DNA from: an uncultured Candidatus Saccharibacteria bacterium
Lineage (GTDB): Bacteria; Patescibacteriota; Minisyncoccia; Sungbacterales; HO2-52-23
DNA: 50,130 bases
Assembly (NCBI GenBank): GCA_964361695.1
Contig: CAYIBQ010000002.1
Span: forward strand, 1-50,130
Reading direction: 5' to 3'
This document shows positions 8,365 through 17,569 of this stretch, piece after piece. The position numbers and the translations under genes are program-made. Below the pieces are notes generated by a model that had not been told where the DNA came from, ran no database searches, and worked only from the letters and a program-made list of their open reading frames with translations. Each line of letters starts with the position of its first letter. The stretch's first letter is position 1.

Positions 8365-10326
8365 GTGACCGATCAACCGCACAAAGAGCTCCTAATCGCA
8401 TCGGTATGCCCCCAAAATCTGGAGCGGGATGTTTTGTGGTGGACGGAAAACCGCGACGCCATACAAAAAGCCGTGCATACGCATCCGTGGTGGCGGGACA
8501 ACGCGCTGTTTTTAGAGCCGGATCTGGAAATGAAGCCGTCATTCCTCGTCCGCCGTCTCACGGATATGGGATATGAACGGACGGGTGTTGCCGCAGGCAA
8601 AGGGCTCTATGCCGTACACGGAGGCATTGTAGAAATATGGCCGGTCAATGCGGAATGTGGCTATGCGATTGAGTTTTCCGGCAACGCGATTGCCAGCATC
8701 CATGTCAAACATCCTCCGACTATCGAGGTTAAACCTCGCCGCTATGGAGGCTTAGCCTCCATACAAAAACTCGCAGAGGGAAGTTTTGTGGTGCATGCGG
8801 ATCATGGCATTGGCATTTTCGGAGGTGTCAGCTCCGAAAAACCAGGGTTTTTTGAAATAGAGTACGCGCCGGCGGGTCACGGACGCGAGCCGGATAAACT
8901 ATTTGTGCCCATAGACCAAAAAGACCGCCTCACGCCGTACGTCGGTTTTACCACGCCATCGGTACACCGACTTGGCGGATCGCTGTGGATGAATACGCGG
9001 CGAAAAGTGCGTGAAGACACGGAAAAGCTCGCGCGTTCCCTTTTGGCGCTGTACGCCAGCCGCCATGAAGTGCTACGACCGGCGTATACCGCGGAGCAAA
9101 GTTATATGGAACAGATGCGCGAATCGTTCGCGTGGGAACCGACCGAAGGCCAGCGCCGCGCCGAAGAAGAAATTGTATCAGACATGGAAAAAGACCGCCC
9201 CATGGATCGCGTGCTGGTCGGCGACGTGGGATTTGGCAAGACAGAGATTGCGATACGCGCCGCGGCGGCGGCCGTGTTTGCGGGAAAACAAGTCGCGGTG
9301 CTGGTACCCACCACCGTGCTTGCGGTACAGCATGAACGCACATTTGCCGAGCGCTTCGCAGAATTTCCCGTAACCGTACGCCTGCTCTCGCGCCTGACAT
9401 CTCCGCACGATACCAAGGAAACCATGCGCGCTGTCGCGGATGGCCATGTTGATATTCTCATCGGCACGCATCGCCTACTTTCATCGGATATACGATTTAA
9501 AAACCTCGGTCTGGTGATCATTGACGAAGAACAACGCTTTGGCGTAAAGCAAAAAGAGCGTTTCAAACAGTTGGGGCCGGACACGGACATGTTGTCTCTG
9601 TCCGCAACACCCATCCCCCGCACGCTGTCCCTAGCGCTCGCGAGCATCCGCGACATCTCCCGCATTGATACGCCGCCTGCGGGCCGCACCGCAATCGCGA
9701 CAGCCGTACTCCCGTATGGCGCGCGCGCCATCCGAGAAGCATTGTGGCATGAGCTTGACCGCGGCGGGCAGGCGTATGTCCTGCACAACCGCGTTGAAAC
9801 CATCGGACACGCCAAACAAAAGATTGAAAATCTGCTCGCGCGGGATGGCAGAAAAAAACAAAAGCCGCGCATCGGCGTTATCCACGGCCGCATGGATGAG
9901 CGCGCGCTCATCCGAACCATGGACGCATTCCGCAACCGTGAGATTGATATTTTGCTTGCGACCACGATTATTGAAAACGGCCTAGACATTTCCAACGCCA
10001 ATACGCTCATCGTGGACGATGCCACGCGCCTGGGACTTGCCGAAGCGCACCAATTGCGCGGACGCATCGGCAGGGGCGCCACGCAGGCATTTGCGTATTT
10101 TTTGTACCGACCGCGGCACTTGACCGAACGCGCGGCTGAACGCCTGGAGGCATTGAAAGAATATGCACAACTGGGCGCTGGATATGACATTGCGCTCCGT
10201 GATCTGGAGATACGGGGTGCGGGCAACATACTCGGACGCGAGCAATCGGGTGCGGTCAATAAAATCGGTCTGAATCTGTATTGCCAAATGCTGGCCGAAG
10301 CAGTGGAGACCTTGCGACAGCAATAA
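8365..10326 (+). CDS. mfd: Transcription-repair coupling factor, short form (CarD-like domain plus SF2 translocase)
   Basis: 653 aa. CarD/RNAP-interaction-like HADHGIGIF..LFVPIDQKDRLTPYVG, helicase motif I GDVGFGKTEIA, motif II DEEQRFGV, motif VI QLRGRIGRG. GTG start. Confidence 0.85.
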   Translation: MTDQPHKELLIASVCPQNLERDVLWWTENRDAIQKAVHTHPWWRDNALFLEPDLEMKPSFLVRRLTDMGYERTGVAAGKGLYAVHGGIVEIWPVNAECGYAIEFSGNAIASIHVKHPPTIEVKPRRYGGLASIQKLAEGSFVVHADHGIGIFGGVSSEKPGFFEIEYAPAGHGREPDKLFVPIDQKDRLTPYVGFTTPSVHRLGGSLWMNTRRKVREDTEKLARSLLALYASRHEVLRPAYTAEQSYMEQMRESFAWEPTEGQRRAEEEIVSDMEKDRPMDRVLVGDVGFGKTEIAIRAAAAAVFAGKQVAVLVPTTVLAVQHERTFAERFAEFPVTVRLLSRLTSPHDTKETMRAVADGHVDILIGTHRLLSSDIRFKNLGLVIIDEEQRFGVKQKERFKQLGPDTDMLSLSATPIPRTLSLALASIRDISRIDTPPAGRTAIATAVLPYGARAIREALWHELDRGGQAYVLHNRVETIGHAKQKIENLLARDGRKKQKPRIGVIHGRMDERALIRTMDAFRNREIDILLATTIIENGLDISNANTLIVDDATRLGLAEAHQLRGRIGRGATQAFAYFLYRPRHLTERAAERLEALKEYAQLGAGYDIALRDLEIRGAGNILGREQSGAVNKIGLNLYCQMLAEAVETLRQQ

Positions 10327-10349
10327 AAACTCTTGTCGCAACATTAAAA

Positions 10350-10373
10350 ATGAGGGGCCAGCAGGTCCCTCAT
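10350..10373 (-). terminator. Intrinsic terminator after the radical SAM gene (convergent with mfd)
   Basis: 10-bp stem ATGAGGGGCC/GGTCCCTCAT (one G:T) with a 4-nt loop. On the minus strand it is followed by TTTTTAATG. Confidence 0.55.
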
Positions 10374-10400
10374 ATGATCTATAAACGACGACAGGATCCG

Positions 10401-12155
10401 TTATGCCGGGTGATGCTCTCTCGCTATCTCCTCAAGAGAGGATAGAAATGCGTCAAGAGCGTCAGTGGCATTGTGCCGAAAGTCCGCGTGCAAGGCCATA
10501 TACCGCGAACGGACACGGCGAATGGTGTCGGTCATGTATGCGCTGACCGCATGGCGACCATACCGCATGCACTCGGAAAGATGCTCCGTAACCTTCGCAA
10601 GTTCTGCTGTGAGTTCCTCTTGAAACGCATCAACGGCAAGCACATGCTCCGTCACTTTCCGCAGATGATGGCCTTTGGCGCCAAAGGCCAATGCTTCACG
10701 CAGAAGCGCCGGCTTATGCAGGAGTATTCGCAGGAGAAACCGCATGTACGCCGGACCCTCAACAGAGCACAACTGCCCGAGCGTGTAGACGCAGAAACGA
10801 AGCATTTGGCCGACCGTCAGCGGGGTCTGTGCGCTCACCGGACGCCCGCTCCGGTCAATGGACTGGAGCATATCCCAACAACGCCGGAAATAATGCTCCA
10901 GTCCTCGATCGTAGATCGTATTCAACACTCTCTTATAGCCGTCAACGAGTGTTTGTGGGGGCATCTCCGGAATGAAATTGAGTCGGGTCGAGATGTTTTG
11001 GCCAGTTGTGTCGCCCAACAGACGACCTTCTCTCTGAAGCCGGTGGTACAAATCCGTACCCTTGAGCGCCGTGAGCATTCCCTCCATCGCCGTCGCAATC
11101 TTGGCGGCCTGGATAAACTGGATATGCGCATCAAACGCATCGGGCCCGTCCCCGTCAAGACCGAGGATAAATCCTCCCAGCACTTCCAGACCCTTGCAGT
11201 GCAGCATCTGTACGGCATGGAGTGAATATTCCGGATCTGTTGTGTCTACATTTTGTCCCTTCTTGGTTTTGATCAGCGCTTCGGGCGTAGGTGTTTCAAT
11301 GCCTACGAAAACCGAAGTAAATCCCGCCGCAACCATAGCATCCACCAATTCTTCATGATCCACGAGATTCATGGACGCTTCCGTGAGGAGATTAAACGGA
11401 TACTGGCGCGCGCGTTGCCATTCCGCAAACGCCTTTAAAAATCGCAGCGCATCCCGCCTGTTCCCGATGAAATTGTCATCCACCAAAAACAAACGGCCGC
11501 GATATCCAAGCTCATACACCATCTGAAATTCAGCGAGCATTTGCTCATTGGTTTTGGTGCGTGGAATCCGTCCGTACAGCTTGGTGATGTCGCAAAATTC
11601 GCAGTCAAACGGACATCCGCGCGAAAATTGCAGAAGCATAGACGCATAATCGCGCACGCGTACGAGATCATAGCGGGGCGGGGGCGTCAGGGTGATCGCC
11701 GGACGCTCGGGGGCAGGAGTGATGTGGCGCGCCGTACCCGATTCAAGGTCGTGGAGAAATAGGGCAAACGTCTGTTCCACTTCGCCTAGAAGCAGATAAT
11801 CAACATCGTCTATTTCTTCCCAATATGACGTGGGGTGAGGGCCTCCGGCGACAACTGGTTTGCCAATGCGTTTGCAACGCGCCACTACATCTGCATGAGA
11901 ACGGCGCTGTACAATCATGGTAGATGTGCATACCAGATCTGCCCACGCAATGTCGTGATCAGTAAGCGAACGCACATTCATGTCCACGAGACGCAGATTA
12001 TAATCCGCAGGAAACATCGCCGCTATGGTCAGCAGGCCCAAAGGCGGCATAGACGACTTCTGTCCCAAAAACCGTAACGCGAACTTGAAACTCCAAAACG
12101 AGGACTCAAACTCGGGATATACCAGTAAAGCGTTTCGCATGGCCTTTATCTCCAA
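10401..12155 (-). CDS. B12-binding domain radical SAM protein (class B-like, long C-terminal helical domain)
   Basis: 584 aa. N-terminal B12-binding-like region followed by the radical SAM cluster motif SRGCPFDCEFCDI. Confidence 0.85.
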   Translation of the reverse strand: MEIKAMRNALLVYPEFESSFWSFKFALRFLGQKSSMPPLGLLTIAAMFPADYNLRLVDMNVRSLTDHDIAWADLVCTSTMIVQRRSHADVVARCKRIGKPVVAGGPHPTSYWEEIDDVDYLLLGEVEQTFALFLHDLESGTARHITPAPERPAITLTPPPRYDLVRVRDYASMLLQFSRGCPFDCEFCDITKLYGRIPRTKTNEQMLAEFQMVYELGYRGRLFLVDDNFIGNRRDALRFLKAFAEWQRARQYPFNLLTEASMNLVDHEELVDAMVAAGFTSVFVGIETPTPEALIKTKKGQNVDTTDPEYSLHAVQMLHCKGLEVLGGFILGLDGDGPDAFDAHIQFIQAAKIATAMEGMLTALKGTDLYHRLQREGRLLGDTTGQNISTRLNFIPEMPPQTLVDGYKRVLNTIYDRGLEHYFRRCWDMLQSIDRSGRPVSAQTPLTVGQMLRFCVYTLGQLCSVEGPAYMRFLLRILLHKPALLREALAFGAKGHHLRKVTEHVLAVDAFQEELTAELAKVTEHLSECMRYGRHAVSAYMTDTIRRVRSRYMALHADFRHNATDALDAFLSSLEEIAREHHPA

Positions 12156-12287
12156 AGATCATGGTCTCTATTGGAAAGGGACTGTCTTAAATTGTATATC
12201 CGCAGATACAGCCGTTGCAAGCAGAAAAATTATCGGTCTCCTGTGCTTTATTGCCAAATGTGCCTGATTCGCATACGGTTGAGGGAA

Positions 12288-13382
12288 ATGACCGACGGAG
12301 AAATAGTTTTTCTCAACGCGTTCAGCACAATTCCGGGCGTGGGTGCGGTGACCATGCGCGCGCTCAAGGATCATTTCGGATCATACGAGGCCGCGTGGCG
12401 CGCGGATACCGTGCAGTATGCGGCAGTGCATCTGGATACGTCGGCGCGCGTAGCACTGATGGCAGGGAAGCGTATGGTGCATCCGGCAGGAGCTTTGCGC
12501 CGCGTTGCAGAGACAGGAGCGTGGATGATGGCCGAAGATGATCCGTTGTATCCCCCGCTTCTCAAACATATTCATTCGCCTCCTGCAATCCTCTATGGCA
12601 AAGGACAGAAATCGGCGCTCACGCCCGAGATCTGCGGCATCGCCGTCGTGGGCACGCGCCGCCCTACGCCATACGGCATTTCCGCCGCAGAACATATTGT
12701 CCAAGGATTGACATATGCCGGCATTACGGTTATAAGCGGACTGGCGACGGGCATTGATACCAAGGCGCACAAAACGGTGCTGGAACACGGCGGGACTACG
12801 GTTGCCGTGCTCGGCTCCGGCATTGATTCCGCATCACTGTTCCCGCCGGAAAATCGCATGCTCGCCGAGCGCATTGCCCAGTCCCCCGGCGCTGTGATTT
12901 CCGAATATGCGCCGGGTACGCCGGCGGTCAAAGAGCACTTTCCCATGCGGAACCGCATCATCGCAGGACTCGCACGGGGCACGTTGGTCGTGGAAGCCCG
13001 TGAAAAATCGGGCGCCTTGATCACCGCGCGCAGCGCATTGGAAGAAAATCGGGATGTGTTCGCGGTACCCGGCTCCATTTTCTCGGCGGTGTCTGCGGGC
13101 CCGAACCGACTCATCCGTGAGGGTGCGCGCGTGGCCATGGGACATGGGGATATACTGGAAGAGTTGGGCATCGTTGCCCCGTCTGCAGTGCATGAGACAC
13201 ACCATGAATCACTGACGGAGAAGGAGCGCATGATACTCGGCCTCATGGAACACCCCCTCGGCATTGACGACATCCGCGAACAGACCCGCCTTCCGGTGCC
13301 GGAGATTATGGCAACACTTTCCCTGCTTGAACTAAAACAAATGGTCCGGGGCGTCGGCGGCGATATATTTCAAAAGGTATAA
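12288..13382 (+). CDS. dprA: DNA processing protein DprA (Smf)
   Basis: VGTRRPTPYG and SGLATGIDTKAH motifs. Start set at the ATG at 12288, preceded by GAGGGA. Confidence 0.88.
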   Translation: MTDGEIVFLNAFSTIPGVGAVTMRALKDHFGSYEAAWRADTVQYAAVHLDTSARVALMAGKRMVHPAGALRRVAETGAWMMAEDDPLYPPLLKHIHSPPAILYGKGQKSALTPEICGIAVVGTRRPTPYGISAAEHIVQGLTYAGITVISGLATGIDTKAHKTVLEHGGTTVAVLGSGIDSASLFPPENRMLAERIAQSPGAVISEYAPGTPAVKEHFPMRNRIIAGLARGTLVVEAREKSGALITARSALEENRDVFAVPGSIFSAVSAGPNRLIREGARVAMGHGDILEELGIVAPSAVHETHHESLTEKERMILGLMEHPLGIDDIREQTRLPVPEIMATLSLLELKQMVRGVGGDIFQKV

Positions 13383-15472
13383 TGGCAAAAAATAGGAAAA
13401 ATCTCGTGATCGTAGAAAGCCCCAGCAAGGGGCGCACTATATCCCGCTTTCTCGGCGATGATTTTATCGTGGAATCCAGCTATGGCCACATCAGGGATCT
13501 GCCCTCATCCAAGCTCGGCGTTGATGTGGAACACAATTTTGCCCCGCACTATATCATTCCGCTCAAAGCCCGGGCTAACGTAAAGAAATTGAAGAGTATC
13601 ACCGCAAAAGCCGATACCGTCATCCTCGCAACTGACGAGGACCGCGAAGGAGAAGCAATCGCGTGGCACTTGAGCGAAGCGCTCGGTTTGGGCACCGCCA
13701 AAGGACCCAGGACGCAACGGATTGTTTTTCATGAGATCACCGAACGCGCGATCAAGGAAGCGTTGGAACACCCGCGCGATCTGGATATGCATCTCGTAGA
13801 TGCCCAGCAGGCGCGGCGCGTACTGGACCGGCTCGTGGGATACAAGCTCTCGCCATTTTTGTGGAAAAAAATATATCGCGGCCTGTCTGCGGGGCGCGTG
13901 CAATCGGTCGCGGTGCGGCTGATCGTAGAGCGCGAGCGGGAAATCCAGGCATTTGTTCCCCGCGAATATTGGACCGTCAGCGCCCAACTTGCCAAGACCG
14001 GCCGCACCGAAGTTTTTACCGCATTGCTTGCAAAAATTGACGAGAAAGCGGTTGAAAAATTTGATATTGAACATAAAGAGCGCGCCGACAATGTGGTGGC
14101 TGATCTCCAGGGCGCCTCATGGCAGGTGGAAACCGTAGAAAAGCGCGCGGTCACCAAAAATCCCCTGCCGCCCTATACCACATCCACCCTTCAACAGGAC
14201 GCGTTCCGCCGCCTCGGTTTTTCCGCAAAGCAGACCATGCGCGTGGCCCAGCAATTATACGAAGGCATCCCCCTGGGTCCCGCAGGTCCGGTCGGGCTTA
14301 TTACCTACATGCGCACGGACTCGCTCAATCTGGCGGAAAGCGCTATTGCCGACGCTCATCGGTTTATCAAAAAAGAATTTGGCGACACGTATACACTGGC
14401 CGCACCACGCCGTTTCAAAACCAAATCCAAGGGTGCCCAGGAAGCGCACGAAGCCATCCGTCCCACCGACCCTTCGCGGACACCGGAGAGCGTCATGCCT
14501 TTTCTGGATCGCCGGCAATTCCGGCTCTACGACCTGGTGTGGCGACGTTTTATGGCAACCCAGATGCCACCTGCTATCTTTGATGCAACGGGTATCGATA
14601 TCGTTGCATCAAAGATAGCAATCCCAAATCCCAAATCCCAAATCCCAAATTCTTCTTATGTATTCCGGGCCACGGGACAAACCCAGCGATTTGACGGTTT
14701 TCTCAAAGTATACCCGGTGAAATTTTCAGAAATGTCTCTGCCGGACGTGGCTCCCCAAGACGCGCTGGGCATGCAACGCCTCATTCCGGAACAGCATTTT
14801 ACCGAGCCACCCCCGCGCTACACCGAAGCAACGCTCGTCAAAACACTGGAAACACACGGCATCGGCAGGCCGTCCACGTATGCACCTATCATCTCAACCA
14901 TTCAGGACCGCAAATATGTAGAGCGCCACGACCGCAGGACGCTCAAGCCCACCGAGGTCGGCTTTCTCGTCAACGATCTTCTGGTCGCACACTTTCCCCA
15001 GGTCGTGGACACGCAGTTCACCGCGAAAATGGAGCAGGAGTTTGATGCCATCGCGGAGGGGAACATGGCGTGGCAGCCGGTCATCAAAGAATTTTATGAG
15101 CCCTTTGCCAAGAATCTTGAACAAAAGTACGAAGAAGTAAAAAAGCACCACACGGATGAGGCGACGGAAGAGGTGTGCGAGAAATGCGGAAAGCCGATGG
15201 TCATCAAATTCGGCAGATTCGGCAAATTTATGGCGTGCACCGGTTTTCCCGAATGCAGAAATACCAAGCCGCTTGCCGGACAGGAGAAACCGTCCCCGCA
15301 AAAAATTGATATGGCGTGTCCGAAATGTACCGAAGGAGACGTCATCATGCGGCGCACCAAGCGCGGAAAAATGTTTTACGGCTGTTCCCGATACCCCCAA
15401 TGCGACTGGGCCTCATGGGACGACCCGCGCAATCCGCCAAAAGAGAAAAAAGGAAAAGAGGAAACGTCATAA
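13382..15472 (+). CDS. topA: DNA topoisomerase I
   Basis: 696 aa. TOPRIM domain LVIVESPSKGRTI..ATDEDREGEAIAWH, active-site region, and two C-terminal zinc ribbons (CEKCGKP..CTGFPEC; CPKC..CSRYPQC). Overlaps the dprA stop as TAATG. Confidence 0.95.
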   Translation: MAKNRKNLVIVESPSKGRTISRFLGDDFIVESSYGHIRDLPSSKLGVDVEHNFAPHYIIPLKARANVKKLKSITAKADTVILATDEDREGEAIAWHLSEALGLGTAKGPRTQRIVFHEITERAIKEALEHPRDLDMHLVDAQQARRVLDRLVGYKLSPFLWKKIYRGLSAGRVQSVAVRLIVEREREIQAFVPREYWTVSAQLAKTGRTEVFTALLAKIDEKAVEKFDIEHKERADNVVADLQGASWQVETVEKRAVTKNPLPPYTTSTLQQDAFRRLGFSAKQTMRVAQQLYEGIPLGPAGPVGLITYMRTDSLNLAESAIADAHRFIKKEFGDTYTLAAPRRFKTKSKGAQEAHEAIRPTDPSRTPESVMPFLDRRQFRLYDLVWRRFMATQMPPAIFDATGIDIVASKIAIPNPKSQIPNSSYVFRATGQTQRFDGFLKVYPVKFSEMSLPDVAPQDALGMQRLIPEQHFTEPPPRYTEATLVKTLETHGIGRPSTYAPIISTIQDRKYVERHDRRTLKPTEVGFLVNDLLVAHFPQVVDTQFTAKMEQEFDAIAEGNMAWQPVIKEFYEPFAKNLEQKYEEVKKHHTDEATEEVCEKCGKPMVIKFGRFGKFMACTGFPECRNTKPLAGQEKPSPQKIDMACPKCTEGDVIMRRTKRGKMFYGCSRYPQCDWASWDDPRNPPKEKKGKEETS
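14578..14650 (+). repeat. 13-bp perfect inverted repeat followed by an (ATCCCAA)x4 heptanucleotide tandem repeat, inside the topA ORF
   Basis: CTTTGATGCAACG-11 nt-CGTTGCATCAAAG (14578-14614), then ATCCCAA x4 plus AT (14621-14650). The repeat encodes the loop ..SKIAIPNPKSQIPNSS.. Confidence 0.9.
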
Positions 15473-15525
15473 CACGATATGTGCAAAAGATATGCTATAG
15501 CATATCTTTTGCACATATCGTGTTA
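15470..15525. terminator. Perfect 56-bp palindrome between convergent topA and parB (bidirectional terminator candidate)
   Basis: TAACACGATATGTGCAAAAGATATGCTA is followed immediately by its exact reverse complement. The topA TAA stop forms the first 3 nt. Confidence 0.7.
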
Positions 15526-15557
15526 CTTCGTCATCTGTCAGTGGGCTCCTTGGCGCG

Positions 15558-16631
15558 TTATAGCTCGTGTACGAGCTTGCGCAGGATGCCTTTGAGTTCC
15601 TCCTCCGAGTAAAACTCCACCACGATTTTGCCCCGCTCGCCTAGTTTTTCCAGCTTTACTTTCGTGCCCAGCGCCTCTTCCAGGCGCGACTCCCACATAC
15701 GGAATTGCGGATCCCCGACGCGGGATGCCCGCGTGCGAGGGACCAGCGTCTTGCCCGAGATTTGGCGCGCGCGGTTTTCTGCCTCGCGCACGGTCATACG
15801 GTGTTCTGTCATCTCGGCGTAGAGTTGGCGCTGGAGTACCGCATCGTCGCCTGCCATGAGAATTGCGCGCGCCTGTCCCTCGCTGATGCGTCCCTGCGAC
15901 AGACCATCCTGAATTTCAGCCGGCAGAGTCAGGAGCCGGAGGGTGTTGGTGATCGCCTCACGCGATTTGCCGACACGTGTGGATATTTCCCTCTGCATCA
16001 ACTTGAACTCATCAATCAATTGCTTGAATGCTTTTGCCTTTTCAATCGGATTGAGATCCTCGCGCTGGACATTTTCAATGAGCGCCAGTTCCAGGCGGAT
16101 GCGGTCGTCGGGAACACCGCGCCGTATCATGGCGGGAATCTGCGAGAGGCCAGCCATGCGTGCCGCACGCCACCGCCGCTCGCCCGCGATCAGCTGATAC
16201 CGCACGGCAAGACCGCCCGGCGTCTCAATTTCCCTTTTGGTCACGAGAATCGGCTGGAGTATGCCATGCTCGCGTATGGAATCCGACAGATCTTTCAGAG
16301 CGCTTTCTACAAACTCGCGCCGCGGCTGATACGGATTGGGATCAATTTTATCTATCTCTATCCAAAACACCGAATCATCGCGGCGGGGAACAAAATGGTC
16401 TTCATAGGTGCGTGCCTGCCCCGTGTTTACAGGCACCACCGGCGGCTCCGGCACAGGTGATGAAGGGAGCGTCATGTCCGGCGTGGGCTCCTCAAGGAGA
16501 GGTGCCGCAAGAACGGCGGGCGATACAGCGTCTGCGATGGTGGACTGCGGGCGCGGCAAGGCAGGCGGTACTTCGTCCGGATCTTTGTCGGGAATCAGTG
16601 ATGCAAGTCCTCTGCCTAGGGGGTCGCTCAT
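15558..16631 (-). CDS. parB: Chromosome partitioning protein ParB/Spo0J
   Basis: ParB box ALIENVQREDLNPIEKA and an HTH region. Has a Pro-rich N-terminal extension. Overlaps parA by 4 nt. Confidence 0.9.
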   Translation of the reverse strand: MSDPLGRGLASLIPDKDPDEVPPALPRPQSTIADAVSPAVLAAPLLEEPTPDMTLPSSPVPEPPVVPVNTGQARTYEDHFVPRRDDSVFWIEIDKIDPNPYQPRREFVESALKDLSDSIREHGILQPILVTKREIETPGGLAVRYQLIAGERRWRAARMAGLSQIPAMIRRGVPDDRIRLELALIENVQREDLNPIEKAKAFKQLIDEFKLMQREISTRVGKSREAITNTLRLLTLPAEIQDGLSQGRISEGQARAILMAGDDAVLQRQLYAEMTEHRMTVREAENRARQISGKTLVPRTRASRVGDPQFRMWESRLEEALGTKVKLEKLGERGKIVVEFYSEEELKGILRKLVHEL

Positions 16632-17404
16632 GCCATTTTTATGCTTTCAATTTTTAATATCTCCTCCGCAAGGCGGCGGTATGCTTTTGCGCCGTGGCTA
16701 TAGGGCGCGTACTGCACGATGCTTTTTCCATGCGACGGCGCTTCCGCGAGCATGACGTTGCGCGGTATGACCGCCTGAAACACGTAGCCCGGAAATTTGC
16801 GGCGGATTTCTTTGGCAACCGCGCGATGCAGACGCGACGTGCGGTCGTACATGGTAAGCAATGCGCCCATCACGCCTATTTTTGCCTTCAGATTGGTGTT
16901 TATCATCTGTATCGTCCGCAGGAGATCGGCAAGTCCTTCCAGCGCGTAATACTCGCACTGCACCGGAATGATGATTTTCTGCGCCGCCACTAGGGCATTC
17001 AACGTCAGCAGTCCCAAGCTCGGCGGCGAATCAACGATGATAAAATCGTACCGCTGTCGCACATCTGCCAGAATCCCCTTCAGTTTATACTCGCGTGCAG
17101 GCATGTCAACGAGTTCTATGGTGGCACCCGCAAGCGCCGGAGACGCGGGCAGGAGGTCAATGCCTCCGAATTTTGTTTTTACCATTACAGTTTCCACCGG
17201 AATCCTGCCAATGAGCGCGTGATAGACGCTTTGTTCTATTTTTCGGGGATTCACACCCATACCGGATGTCGTATTTGCCTGCGGGTCAAAATCAACCAGC
17301 AATACTTTTTTTCCATATGCGCCCAGAAACGCGCTGATCGCCTGACTGGATGTGCTCTTGCCCACCCCCCCTTTCTGATTGCACAACGTAATCACCAGCG
17401 CCAT
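16628..17404 (-). CDS. parA: Chromosome partitioning ATPase ParA/Soj
   Basis: Deviant Walker A motif NQKGGVGKSTSS; 258 aa. Confidence 0.93.
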   Translation of the reverse strand: MALVITLCNQKGGVGKSTSSQAISAFLGAYGKKVLLVDFDPQANTTSGMGVNPRKIEQSVYHALIGRIPVETVMVKTKFGGIDLLPASPALAGATIELVDMPAREYKLKGILADVRQRYDFIIVDSPPSLGLLTLNALVAAQKIIIPVQCEYYALEGLADLLRTIQMINTNLKAKIGVMGALLTMYDRTSRLHRAVAKEIRRKFPGYVFQAVIPRNVMLAEAPSHGKSIVQYAPYSHGAKAYRRLAEEILKIESIKMA

Positions 17405-17442
17405 AGTTCCTTTAGTTTAGGACAAAACAAGCCGTGCTTCAA

Positions 17443-17471
17443 TTGAATTATATGCATTTTTGATGTAGAAT
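17443..17471 (+). promoter_or_regulatory. Sigma70-like promoter for tRNA-Leu
   Basis: TTGAAT, 17-nt spacer, TAGAAT. The -10 box ends 8 nt before the first tRNA nucleotide. Confidence 0.55.
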
Positions 17472-17479
17472 GCCTCCAT

Positions 17480-17563
17480 GGGCGAGTGTCGGAACTGGCA
17501 GACGATCACGACTCAAAATCGTGTGGGGGAAACCCCGTGTGGGTTCAAATCCCACCTCGCCCA
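17480..17563 (+). tRNA. tRNA-Leu (anticodon CAA), class II with long variable arm, no encoded CCA
   Basis: Hand-folded cloverleaf: acceptor GGGCGAG/CTCGCCC, anticodon stem CACGA/TCGTG with loop CTCAAAA, variable arm GGGG-GAAA-CCCC, T arm GTGGG-TTCAAAT-CCCAC, discriminator A. Confidence 0.93.
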
Positions 17564-17569
17564 CTTTCT

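Noticed and set aside
14621-14650. CRISPR array candidates (the heptamer array, (CA)10 at 49953-49972, and the palindromes at 15470, 33120 and 42832).
   Set aside because: None shows the required pattern of 25-40-nt direct repeats separated by unique spacers. They are microsatellites or inverted repeats.
17480-17563. Possibility that tRNA-Leu carries a group I intron encoding the LAGLIDADG protein.
   Set aside because: The tRNA folds as a complete, uninterrupted 84-nt cloverleaf, and the endonuclease ORF lies entirely downstream of the acceptor 3' end.
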